Positions 1 through 8,278 of a DNA stretch of 32,000 nt are shown here, in pieces. This DNA comes from Raphidiopsis brookii D9 (GTDB taxonomy: Bacteria > Cyanobacteriota > Cyanobacteriia > Cyanobacteriales > Nostocaceae). Every line of letters begins with the position of its first letter. Position 1 is the first letter of the stretch. The stretch lies in assembly GCA_000175855.1 (NCBI GenBank), contig ACYB01000004.1, positions 30,001 to 62,000 on the forward strand, written 5' to 3'. Under the pieces are notes generated by a model. That model worked only from the letters and a program-made list of their open reading frames with translations, had not been told where the DNA came from and ran no database searches. Both the position numbers and the translations under genes were made by a program.

Positions 1-120
1 ATCCATCAACTTACAAGGACCACACCAGGAAGCCCAAAAGTAGACTAACACTGGCTGATCAGCAGCTAGAACCTCCGATGCGAATTCAGCATCAGTGATA
101 GTTATTACACCCTTACTCAT
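1..120 (-). CDS. trxA: Thioredoxin, first 40 codons only (gene runs off the left edge)
   Basis: Reverse-strand translation from the ATG at 120 gives MSKGVITITDAEFASEVLAADQPVLVYFWASWCGPCKLMD, which contains the canonical WCGPC active site. It is absent from the ORF track because the window edge truncates it. Confidence 0.85.
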   Translation of the reverse strand, partial: MSKGVITITDAEFASEVLAADQPVLVYFWASWCGPCKLMD

Positions 121-157
121 AAAATTCTCCATGCGATTATTTACAAGTCAACCCACT

Positions 158-180
158 GACCAGTTTACCCTAAACTGGTC
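158..180. other. Perfect 10-bp inverted repeat (GACCAGTTTA-CCC-TAAACTGGTC) in the vipp1-trx spacer
   Basis: Read directly from the sequence. No T/U tract follows it on the coding (minus) strand, so it is not a canonical intrinsic terminator. Confidence 0.5.
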
Positions 181-215
181 ATTATTGCTCATGCTGAAAA
201 GTCAGGGAGAGTTAA

Positions 216-1004
216 TTATAATTTATCCAGTTGTTTTCTCAGTTCTTCCAACTCAGCATCTATGGGTTCAGCGGATTTGCTTTTATCCTTTTGGGAAGTA
301 CTGCTAGATTCAGCAGGAGGTAATTCTCCCTTAGGTGTGGGAGCTGGTGATAGTATACTGGCCTTCAAAGCTGCCAATTCATCATCAATATCACTGCTAC
401 CTTCTAGACGAGCAAATTGACTATCTAAATCCGCACCTACTAATTCCGCTGTAGACTGGGCACGAGCCTCTTGCATGAGAACTTTCTCTTCCATTCTTTC
501 AAAAGCAGCCATGGCACTATTACTATTCATATTAGTCGCCATTGAGCCAATCTGCTCCTGAGCTTTAGCAGCAGTGATTCGTGCCTTAAGCATGTCCTTT
601 TTATTCTTGTACTCAGCAATTTTACTTTCCAATTGAATCATGCTCTTTTTAAGAGTCTCCACCTGAGTAACTTGCTGGTCTAAACTGGTCTTGAGAGCTA
701 TAGAGGTTTCGTTAGCACTTTTCTTCCGTTCTAAAGCCTGACGTGCTAGGTTCTCATCTCCTTTTTGCACAGCCAACTGGGCATTGTGCTGCCACTTACT
801 CACTTCACTAACAGCATCATTATATTGTTTTTCTGTGCGTTTTTGGGCAGCTATGGCTTGTGCCACCCCCTGACGAAGTTCTACTAAGTCCTCCTGCATT
901 TCCAGGAGGGCCTGTTCCAGCATTTTTTCTGGATCTTCCGCTTTATTGATTAAATCATTCAGATTGGCACTAACTACTCTCTTTAACCTATCAAATAATC
1001 CCAT
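216..1004 (-). CDS. vipp1: Vipp1/IM30 (PspA family) thylakoid membrane-remodelling protein
   Basis: ORF 216..1085. The best start is the internal ATG at 1004, giving MGLFDRLKRVVSANLNDLINKAEDPEKMLEQALLEMQEDLV, the conserved PspA/IM30 N-terminus. The product is 262 aa. It carries the extra C-terminal tail (..IDAELEELRKQLDKL) typical of cyanobacterial and plastid Vipp1 rather than PspA. Confidence 0.92.
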   Translation of the reverse strand: MGLFDRLKRVVSANLNDLINKAEDPEKMLEQALLEMQEDLVELRQGVAQAIAAQKRTEKQYNDAVSEVSKWQHNAQLAVQKGDENLARQALERKKSANETSIALKTSLDQQVTQVETLKKSMIQLESKIAEYKNKKDMLKARITAAKAQEQIGSMATNMNSNSAMAAFERMEEKVLMQEARAQSTAELVGADLDSQFARLEGSSDIDDELAALKASILSPAPTPKGELPPAESSSTSQKDKSKSAEPIDAELEELRKQLDKL

Positions 1005-1135
1005 AATTTTTTCCTGCTTGTGTGTTTTTATTTGGAAGACAACGGCTTTATCAGCAAGTTTACAAAGCTGCTTTATTGAGATCAAGAGCTTGTGTAAAAA
1101 CGAATATCAACATAACTCCAGTAAATGAGAAAAGA

Positions 1136-2317
1136 TTAATTTCGTAAGCGAGCCTTGATTCCTCTAGCTTCTAGTTCCTGTAACCTTTGTTTGGCTTCCT
1201 CTGGAGTTAGGAATGCGCCTAGATAGATGTACTTTTGATTAGGTGACAAATAAGCATCGGGAACAATTTCCTTAGCTGCACTCAAGATAGTATCACTCTC
1301 ATTATCAGTGATCAGATAATAATAGGGATTATTGACCGTTTGTGCTGCTACATTAGAACCCTCACCTAGCTGTAACTTTCGCCTGGGGACTTCCTGTTGA
1401 ATTTGTCGTTTAATTCTTCCCCCACTAATACTAGCAAATTGGTTATTGGATGAGGTGGATGGATTAGATGAATTACCAGATGAAACCCCTAGGCCAGATC
1501 GAGAGGATGTATTTTGGCGGGTAGATTGAAGAGAAACCGGAACATTGGTAGATTTTGGAGGCGTTTTGGTGCCAGAAACCTGATTGACTGGGGAATTAGG
1601 TTGACTCGGGGATGGTAATTGCCCATTGTTTCCACTTTTCGACTGTGACAAGCTAGGAATTTGAGTACCAGAACTAAGTGATTGTGAACCAACAAAAGAT
1701 TGGTTGTTCACTGGAGGACTTTTTGTATTCCTAGAGGTGTTAGAGGAGGAAACTTCTGGATTACTATTAAACGGGTTAAACTTACTTAAACTTAACTTAG
1801 ACAGACTACGGAAATTAAATAGCACATAACCTAAACCTAAACTGGTCAAGAGCATGAGAAAAATATAAAAAACACCCAAGGGTGAGAGCAGACCACTCTT
1901 ACTCCGATTAGATTTCTTATGATTTAACTTTTCTAGTGGAGGTTGGAAGGCTGATTTCTCCTCCAAGGATGGGGAATCTCCCAGATTGGGAAAAATTTCT
2001 TGTCTTGCTCCCTCCGGAAAGCTTGTGGTTGTGTCCGCATAACTCCCATCTGATGATGGAGGAGACACATATTCAGAATAACCTAGAGTGGGGTCTGGGG
2101 AAAAACCCTCTTCCCCGGATGGGACTTTTAACTCTACACTATCAGAGGTGACGTAGTTATTATCAACCGGTCGTGCACTATGACGGGTACGTCTGTATCT
2201 AACTAATTCCTCATCTAGTCGCACCTCCAAGTTTTTGAGTGCTGTAGCCAGGATGGGATTAAGCCTGGAAGTTTTGGGGAATGGGTTATGAGAATTGATT
2301 CTGGTATTCTGACTCAT
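1136..2317 (-). CDS. Membrane-anchored protein with a long Ser/Pro/Asn-rich linker and a SPOR-like C-terminal domain
   Basis: ORF 1136..2413. The likely start is the ATG at 2317 (MSQNTRINSH..). There is one hydrophobic helix (LLSPLGVFYIFLMLLTSLGLGYVLF) followed by about 170 aa of S/P/N/Q-rich low complexity. The C-terminal ~70 aa (YYYLITDNESD...YIYLGAFLTPEEAKQRLQELEARGIKARL) resemble a SPOR-type fold by pattern only. Confidence 0.6.
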   Translation of the reverse strand: MSQNTRINSHNPFPKTSRLNPILATALKNLEVRLDEELVRYRRTRHSARPVDNNYVTSDSVELKVPSGEEGFSPDPTLGYSEYVSPPSSDGSYADTTTSFPEGARQEIFPNLGDSPSLEEKSAFQPPLEKLNHKKSNRSKSGLLSPLGVFYIFLMLLTSLGLGYVLFNFRSLSKLSLSKFNPFNSNPEVSSSNTSRNTKSPPVNNQSFVGSQSLSSGTQIPSLSQSKSGNNGQLPSPSQPNSPVNQVSGTKTPPKSTNVPVSLQSTRQNTSSRSGLGVSSGNSSNPSTSSNNQFASISGGRIKRQIQQEVPRRKLQLGEGSNVAAQTVNNPYYYLITDNESDTILSAAKEIVPDAYLSPNQKYIYLGAFLTPEEAKQRLQELEARGIKARLRN

Positions 2318-2442
2318 TCGACACCACACCTTGAAATTTAGATTATGAAATTTACACTGGGATTTGTACCGTATAGTCAACTGTATCAGTAAAACTGGCA
2401 AAAAAATCCTCAAAAATCATAAATCAAGATCTTTAAATTCAG

Positions 2443-3039
2443 ATGTCGTTAAAATCCCTTAATCAAATTCTAGAGATTCTCCAAATAGAGTCTAGGTGTC
2501 AAGAAGAACCTTTGCTCAGGTTACTTAATTTTTGGACAGAGGTTGTTGGTGTGAAGGTCGCTCGGGAAACTCGTCCTCTTTCCATACGGCGTCATGTTTT
2601 GTGGGTAGCAACTTCCAGTGCTGCTTGGTCACAAAATTTAACTTTTGGACGCTATGCTATCCTATTGAAGTTAAATGAGCGGTTAAACCAATTGCAAATT
2701 CCTACTTTAACAGATATTCGATTTTCAACTGCACAATGGAATGAAATAGCACAAAACCAGACACAAGAAATTTCCTCTGGCCAAATAGATTCCCAAGAAC
2801 ATCCCAGCTATTTAGCAAAGAGTACTAATATAAATCATACTAATCAAATTGCTCAGCCATTGGTTTCAGCTAGGATGGTTTTTGAAAACTGGTTCAGGAC
2901 TAAACAAGTCCAGGATAGTCATTTACCTTTGTGTCCCCAATGTCACTGTCCATCCCCACCAGGTGAACTGGAACGCTGGAGCATCTGTTCTCCCTGCGCT
3001 GCTAAGGTGATGAATCAAAACTTGAGGACGGACTCTTGA
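2443..3039 (+). CDS. DUF721 / DciA-like protein with C-terminal zinc ribbon
   Basis: 198 aa. The N-terminal half (LLNFWTEVVGVKVARETRPLSIRRHVLWVATSSAAWSQNLTF) matches the DUF721 pattern as I recall it. The C-terminus carries CPQCHC...CSPC (four Cys arranged as a zinc ribbon). Confidence 0.65.
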   Translation: MSLKSLNQILEILQIESRCQEEPLLRLLNFWTEVVGVKVARETRPLSIRRHVLWVATSSAAWSQNLTFGRYAILLKLNERLNQLQIPTLTDIRFSTAQWNEIAQNQTQEISSGQIDSQEHPSYLAKSTNINHTNQIAQPLVSARMVFENWFRTKQVQDSHLPLCPQCHCPSPPGELERWSICSPCAAKVMNQNLRTDS

Positions 3040-3351
3040 GTTAACTAGACAATGAGATATTTGCCCAAAATGCCGAATATAAGGTATTAACTTAATAACT
3101 TGAGGCAATCCAAAGTTAAATATTTGTCCTTGATCCCCAATAGCTTTTAGTCCAAAAAAGTATGTGCTTACTTCACCAATCATATAGAAATATGACAAAA
3201 ATATAAAAACATAATAAAAATTATTTTTCGGTAAAAATCGCTAGAACCCTCAACACATAATAACTCCTCGGCTTTTTGGTCTATTTCTCCTGGGATCACA
3301 ATATTAAATACCACTGGAAATAGTTATCAACCACCGTCAAGAGTAACGATT

Positions 3352-3675
3352 ATGAAACCAATCAACCCGTTAGCATCAGCTTGTAGGTACTGTCACCATT
3401 ACCAACCAGAAGGACGTAGAGGTGGTAATTGTAATCAGTTAAGCGCACCCGTACAAGGCTGTTGGAAAGCTTGCTCTTTAGCTGTTCCCGCTTTCGCACC
3501 TACATGGGAGTCTTTAGAGGAAAGTTGGAATTTACCACTGACTAAACCAATGTTACCAATTTTATCAGTTCCCGGTCATCTAGATACTAGGACCGAGAAT
3601 ATCCAAGTTGCAGAAGTTCAAGAAATTGCAAGCATTGAGGAAACTACTTTTTCCACTCTCCCCAGTTCCCGCTAG
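3352..3675 (+). CDS. Small Cys-rich hypothetical protein
   Basis: 107-aa ORF with CRYCHHY...GGNCNQL...GCWKAC. It has a clean ATG start and no competing ORF except the antisense tail of menB. Function unknown. Confidence 0.5.
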   Translation: MKPINPLASACRYCHHYQPEGRRGGNCNQLSAPVQGCWKACSLAVPAFAPTWESLEESWNLPLTKPMLPILSVPGHLDTRTENIQVAEVQEIASIEETTFSTLPSSR

Positions 3676-4517
3676 GGTAACCAAGGAAAATTCCGAAAAT
3701 TTGGGGGGCGTTTTTGCAAAAATGCCTGTTTACCCTCTGCTGCTTCTGCGGTCATATAATAAAGCAAAGTGGCGTTACCAGCAAGCTCTTGTATTCCAGC
3801 TTGTCCATCGCAGTCTGCGTTAAATGCCGCTTTTAGACAACGTATAGCAATGGGACTTTTGTCTAGAATTTCTTTGGCCCAGTTTATTCCCTCCGTTTCT
3901 AGATCCTGAACCGGAACAATAGTATTAATTAAACCCATTTCTAAGGCTTGTTGTGCATTGTATTGACGACAGAGGAACCAAATTTCCCGAGCTTTTTTCT
4001 GTCCAACTATTCGCGCTAGGTAACTAGCACCAAAACCACCATCAAAGCTACCCACCTTCGGTCCTGTTTGACCAAAAATCGCATTATCTGCTGCTATGGT
4101 TAGATCGCACACTAGATGTAGAACATGACCTCCACCAATAGCATATCCCGCTACTAAAGCAATCACTACTTTAGGTAGAGAACGAATCAGACGTTGTAGA
4201 TCTAACACGTTTAGGCGCGGAATTCCAGTGTGGTCAAGATAACCGCCTTCTCCCCTCACGCTTTGGTCTCCCCCGGAACAGAAAGCATATTTACCATCGG
4301 TATGAGGTCCCGCACCTGTTAGTAGCACTACGCCAATATTTGTATCCTCACGAGCATTACAAAAAGCTTCATATATTTCAAATATTGTTTCTGGACGAAA
4401 TGCATTGCGCTTATGGGGGCGATTGATGGTTATCTTAGCAATACCATCTATTTTTTCATAGAGTATATCCTCGTAATGTTTAACGGTTTTCCAGTCGGAT
4501 TTTATATGGCTCATCAT
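3672..4517 (-). CDS. menB: 1,4-dihydroxy-2-naphthoyl-CoA synthase (phylloquinone pathway)
   Basis: 281 aa of the crotonase fold. Diagnostic MenB strings are present: [66 protein letters not shown], and the C-terminal [11 protein letters not shown]. Confidence 0.93.
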   Translation of the reverse strand: MMSHIKSDWKTVKHYEDILYEKIDGIAKITINRPHKRNAFRPETIFEIYEAFCNAREDTNIGVVLLTGAGPHTDGKYAFCSGGDQSVRGEGGYLDHTGIPRLNVLDLQRLIRSLPKVVIALVAGYAIGGGHVLHLVCDLTIAADNAIFGQTGPKVGSFDGGFGASYLARIVGQKKAREIWFLCRQYNAQQALEMGLINTIVPVQDLETEGINWAKEILDKSPIAIRCLKAAFNADCDGQAGIQELAGNATLLYYMTAEAAEGKQAFLQKRPPNFRNFPWLP

Positions 4518-4518
4518 A

Positions 4519-5712
4519 TTAGGCCTTTAGGCTAAAAATTTTCTCGATAATGTCTTCTACGACCTTATCAGGTGTGGAAGCACCAGAAGTCACGCCAACA
4601 ATTGTTTCTCCTATGGGTAGCCAGTTTTTTGTGATTGCTATTTCTCCGTTTAATTGCCGATGTTCAATTGCATTACTGGGTTTAATTCTGTCTACACTGT
4701 CAATGTGATAGGAAGGAATATTTCTGTTAATAGCTATTTGTTGTAATTGGGTGGTATTTGATGAATTAAACCCGCCAATTACTATGATCAGGTCTAATTT
4801 ATCTTCAACCAGTTCCAACATAGCATCTTGTCTTTCTTGGGTAGCATCACAGATGGTGTTAAAACTTTGAAAATGATTGTTCAGTGCTAGGATGCCATAT
4901 TTTTGCATCATGGTCTTTTCAAAGATTTTGCCAATTTGTTCTGTTTCTCCTTTGAGCATGGTAGTTTGGTTGGCAATCCCTACTTTCTCTAAGTCTTTAT
5001 CTGGGTCAAAACCCGCTGAACAAGCTTTGGCAAACTTGGTTAAAAATTCCTCCCGGTCACCGCCATGGAGAATATAATTACTTACATACTCGGCTTCTTT
5101 TAAATTTAACACAATTAAATATTTACCAGCAAAGGAGCTAGTAGCTACTGTTTCCTCGTGCTTGTACTTGCCATGAATAATTGAGGTAAATTCACCTTTT
5201 TTGTGCTTTTCCACTGTGTTCCACACTTTAGAAACCCACGGACAAGTTGTATCCACAATTTGACAACTTTTGTCATGTAAGATTTGCATTTCTTGCACAC
5301 TAGCACCGAATGCGGGTAAAATAACTACATCTCCTTGTTCAACTACTGAAAAGTCTTTTTTATTAGCAGTTACGGGGATAAATCCCACTCCCATTTCTTG
5401 CATACGTTGGTTAACCGAGGGGTTGTGAATGATTTCATTGGTGATCCAAATTCTTTCTTTAGGAAAGTGTTGACGAGTTTCGTATGCCATAGCTACTGCG
5501 CGCTCCACACCCCAACAAAATCCAAAAGCTTGAGCTAGTCGAATAGTGGTATTGCCTTTTTTAATCGTGTAGTTACTATTGCGTATTTCTTGAATTAGGC
5601 TGCTTTCATACTCAGACTGTAATTGGTTAGACACTTCTTCTTTGTGTCCAAACCCTTTTCGATTATAATTTTCTGAGTGTTGGAGTGTACGCTTAAAAGT
5701 TTTGGTATCCAT
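4519..5712 (-). CDS. ispH: 4-hydroxy-3-methylbut-2-enyl diphosphate reductase (MEP pathway)
   Basis: ORF 4519..5766. The ATG at 5712 gives [23 protein letters not shown], the long N-terminus typical of cyanobacterial IspH. Other matching strings are [21 protein letters not shown] and NSSNT. The start could alternatively be at 5766. Confidence 0.92.
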   Translation of the reverse strand: MDTKTFKRTLQHSENYNRKGFGHKEEVSNQLQSEYESSLIQEIRNSNYTIKKGNTTIRLAQAFGFCWGVERAVAMAYETRQHFPKERIWITNEIIHNPSVNQRMQEMGVGFIPVTANKKDFSVVEQGDVVILPAFGASVQEMQILHDKSCQIVDTTCPWVSKVWNTVEKHKKGEFTSIIHGKYKHEETVATSSFAGKYLIVLNLKEAEYVSNYILHGGDREEFLTKFAKACSAGFDPDKDLEKVGIANQTTMLKGETEQIGKIFEKTMMQKYGILALNNHFQSFNTICDATQERQDAMLELVEDKLDLIIVIGGFNSSNTTQLQQIAINRNIPSYHIDSVDRIKPSNAIEHRQLNGEIAITKNWLPIGETIVGVTSGASTPDKVVEDIIEKIFSLKA

Positions 5713-5942
5713 TCTTTGTTTTCTACTAAAATCAATATTTTTTAATAGTTTGACATTTTCACCCATATTCTATACCACCCTGAAACAACCTGACAAATAA
5801 CCTAATGGCTTTTTTCTAAAACCCGTACTTGTATTAGTTTTTATGTCTTTTGTGTGTTAGGATTGATATGTTAAAGTATTCTAGATTAGACAGTACGGTA
5901 TAACGTAAGATATTCAATAAAAATATCCCCTTAGCAAAAGCC

Positions 5943-6597
5943 ATGAATCAGATATGCTGTCTGAATCCTACTTATGAATGTGATAATCCCCCAATTCCAG
6001 ACAACAATAGTTATTGCCCTACCTGTAGTAGGCGTTTGGTAAGATTGAAGACTCGTTATCAACCAGTTAAACGTTTAGGGGGCGGTGGATTTGCTAAAAC
6101 CTACTTGGCGCTGGACACTCATAAATTAAATGAACTTTGTGTAATTAAACAGCTGGCACCTTCTTTAGGCAATCAAACAACACAAGCCTTAATCAAAGCT
6201 ACAGAGTTATTCCTACAAGAGGCACAGCAACTACAAAAGTTGGCAGAACACACTCAAATACCTAGCCTATTTGCATACTTTGAAGAAGATCGACAGTTAT
6301 ATTTAGTAGAGCAGTTTGTTGACGGCAAAAATTTACTCGAAGAACTACAAACTGAGGGAGTCTTCAACGAAGCTAAAATTCGAGAGTTTTTGCAGGACTT
6401 ATACTAATTTTAAGGTCGATGAAGGAGCGACCGGAATAATTGAGTTCGAGTCGAATGGCGATCGCAAAAACCTCTCTGGAGAATTTGTTCACATTGTGGA
6501 GTGTCGGAAAAACAATTTAGATTTTGCTTTTGTCCCAATTAAGTATTCTACTGCTAAAGATGCAAATTTACGCTGTTCAAACTCAAACAAACAATAG
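5943..6597 (+). pseudogene. Remnant of a Ser/Thr protein kinase fused to a periplasmic solute-binding (LivK-like) domain; internal deletion plus frame change
   Basis: 5943..6407 encodes a 4-Cys prefix (CCLNPTYEC...CPTC) and a kinase N-lobe: the glycine loop LGGGGFAKTY, VIKQL, and the hinge LYLVEQFVDGKNL. It stops at ..IREFLQDLY*, before any HRD, DFG or APE motif. From about 6406, in a different frame, the sequence reads NFKVDEGATGIIEFESNGDRKN...FAFVPI, which looks like the extreme C-terminus of a LivK-type binding domain. Confidence 0.7.
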
Positions 6598-6716
6598 CCT
6601 TTCTAACTTTTAATTATATAGGCATTCCTGAAGAATTGCCAAGATATGCCTAAATATTTTTATTTAGCTAGGAGCCCCTAGCGGAAACTGAGGTGCTACT
6701 TAGCTATCACATAATT

Positions 6717-8096
6717 TTAGATGTTGATGCGATCGCTAAACTCGGAATTATAACCTTCCTCCCCATGTTCATATACATCCAAACCTTGATCTTCCGCTTC
6801 TTCCTGTACACGCAAACCAATGGTAGCTGAAATAAACTTCAAAATTAGCCATGTACCCACAGCAGCTATAACATATGCTACAGCGATCGCCCCTAACTCC
6901 ACAAATAATTCCCCGAAATTGCCTCTCAGTAACCCGTCTTTTCCTCCTGAGTTAACCTCCGTGGTTGCAAATATGGCAGTTAAAACTGCTCCTATGGTTC
7001 CTCCGACACCATGTACGGGATAAGTATCTAAAGCATCATCGACATTGAGTTTGTGTTTTAAACTCACAGCATAGAAGCATACAAATGAGGTGATGAACCC
7101 AATTAATATTGCCGCTAACGGTGTGACAAATCCAGCTGCTGGTGTAATACCTACTAAACCTGCTACTGCACCTGTAGCCGCACCTACGGCGGTGGGTTTA
7201 CCCCTCAAATTGGTTTCTAAGATTAACCACATCAATGCCCCAGCAGCAGCAGATGTATTAGTCGCGACAAATGCTACTGTAGCAATGGTGCCAGCAGATA
7301 GGGCACTGCCAGCGTTAAAGCCAAACCAGCCAAACCACAGTAAACCTGCACCTAGTAAAATAAAGGGGACGTTATGGGGTGGTGTTAAACGATCTGGGTG
7401 GTTCTTGCGCGGACCAAGTACAATAGCAGCTACCAGAGCAGATACACCGGAGCTAATATGTACTACAGTACCACCGGCAAAGTCTAAGGCTCCTAGACCT
7501 CCATATAACCCCAGAAATCCTCCCTTTGCCCATACTGCATGTGCTAGCGGGGTATAAATAAATGTTGACCACATCAGCACAAACACACAGTAGGCGCGAA
7601 AACTCATCCGTTCAGCGATCGCACCGGAAATTAAGGCTGGAGTGATAATTGCAAACATGGCTTGATAAATCATGTATGCTTGATGTGGTATAGTTGATGC
7701 GTAGGAAAGCACTTCCTGTGGTACTGAACCTTTTAAATATCCCGTCGTTTCTAAACCAACACCATTTAAACCCAACCACTGTAAACCCCCAATAAAGGGT
7801 AAGCCCGGAGCAAAGGACAAACTATAACCCCACAGCACCCAGGTTACACCAACGATCGCCATCAATACAAAACTCATCATCAAAGTGTTCAGTATATTAC
7901 GCGATCTGACAAATCCACCATAAAAGAATGCCAAACCCGGTGTCATTAATAGCACCAAGGCTGAAGACATCAATACAAAAGTTGTATCTCCTGTATCGGG
8001 AGCAGGGGTATTTGTTTGAGCTACAGCATTACCTGCAAACGGAAATGTTAGCAGTAAGACAATTAGACCACTGATGACCAAAAATTTTCTCAGCAC
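6717..8096 (-). CDS. amt: Ammonium transporter (Amt family)
   Basis: 459 aa. It starts with GTG at 8096, preceded by AGGAAAAG. It has a signal-peptide-like N-terminus and classical Amt strings: LVLLMTPGLAFFYGG, FAIITPALISGAIAERM, DFAGGTVVHISSG, WFGWFGFNAGS, VHGVGGTIGA. Confidence 0.93.
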   Translation of the reverse strand: MLRKFLVISGLIVLLLTFPFAGNAVAQTNTPAPDTGDTTFVLMSSALVLLMTPGLAFFYGGFVRSRNILNTLMMSFVLMAIVGVTWVLWGYSLSFAPGLPFIGGLQWLGLNGVGLETTGYLKGSVPQEVLSYASTIPHQAYMIYQAMFAIITPALISGAIAERMSFRAYCVFVLMWSTFIYTPLAHAVWAKGGFLGLYGGLGALDFAGGTVVHISSGVSALVAAIVLGPRKNHPDRLTPPHNVPFILLGAGLLWFGWFGFNAGSALSAGTIATVAFVATNTSAAAGALMWLILETNLRGKPTAVGAATGAVAGLVGITPAAGFVTPLAAILIGFITSFVCFYAVSLKHKLNVDDALDTYPVHGVGGTIGAVLTAIFATTEVNSGGKDGLLRGNFGELFVELGAIAVAYVIAAVGTWLILKFISATIGLRVQEEAEDQGLDVYEHGEEGYNSEFSDRINI

Positions 8097-8278
8097 TTTC
8101 TTTTCCTAAATAAGGGCAAACTACTTACAGTATCATGCACGGTAGATATTATGTTTTTAAGGTTACTTAAACTACCTGTGTGCATAAAGTTAGCAAAAAA
8201 AAGTCCTGGTTTTAGTTCTTTAGGATACAAACTTTATATTTATTCATATTTACATGGTAGGTTGTTAACTATTAGACG

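Noticed and set aside
95-307. 70-aa plus-strand ORF
   Set aside because: It is antisense to the 3' end of vipp1 and spans the vipp1-trx spacer. I recognised no motif. The opposite strand has an unambiguous Vipp1 reading frame.
170-1847. The 11-mer CTAAACTGGTC occurs three times (170..180, 680..690, 1837..1847) and once inverted as a 10-mer in the hairpin (158..167)
   Set aside because: Two copies lie in frame inside genes, where the complement encodes Thr-Ser-Leu with common codons (ACC AGT TTA). There are no extended flanking matches. This is most likely coincidence, and I cannot compute significance here.
2923-3198. 91-aa minus-strand ORF overlapping the 3' end of the DUF721 gene
   Set aside because: It has no recognisable motif, and 117 nt of it overlap the conserved zinc-ribbon coding region on the other strand. 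It could at most be a gene fragment, and I cannot support that.
6611-6623. The 13-mer TAATTATATAGGC is shared between 6611..6623 and 17529..17541, both next to decayed genes
   Set aside because: It is AT-rich and short, and there is no flanking similarity. Several chance 13-mer matches are expected in 32 kb, so it is not evidence of a mobile-element end.
6667-6682. Short palindrome GCTAGG-AGCC-CCTAGC and a TAGGCAT...ATGCCTA stem in the spacer after amt
   Set aside because: The stems are only 6-7 bp and have no U-tract on either strand in the correct orientation for a terminator.
7090-7557. 155-aa ORF antisense to amt (also 6820..7023)
   Set aside because: It is an Ala/Pro-rich mirror of the Gly/Ala-rich transporter helices. 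The Amt frame on the minus strand is unambiguous.
8153-8166. Possible NtcA site upstream of amt (GTAACCTTAAAAAC on the minus strand: GTA-N8-AAC, with TACTGT 20 nt downstream)
   Set aside because: An NtcA-activated promoter would be expected for an amt gene. However, there is no perfect GTA-N8-TAC anywhere in 8097..8278, and this best candidate lacks one half-site. That is too weak to annotate without transcription-start or binding data.
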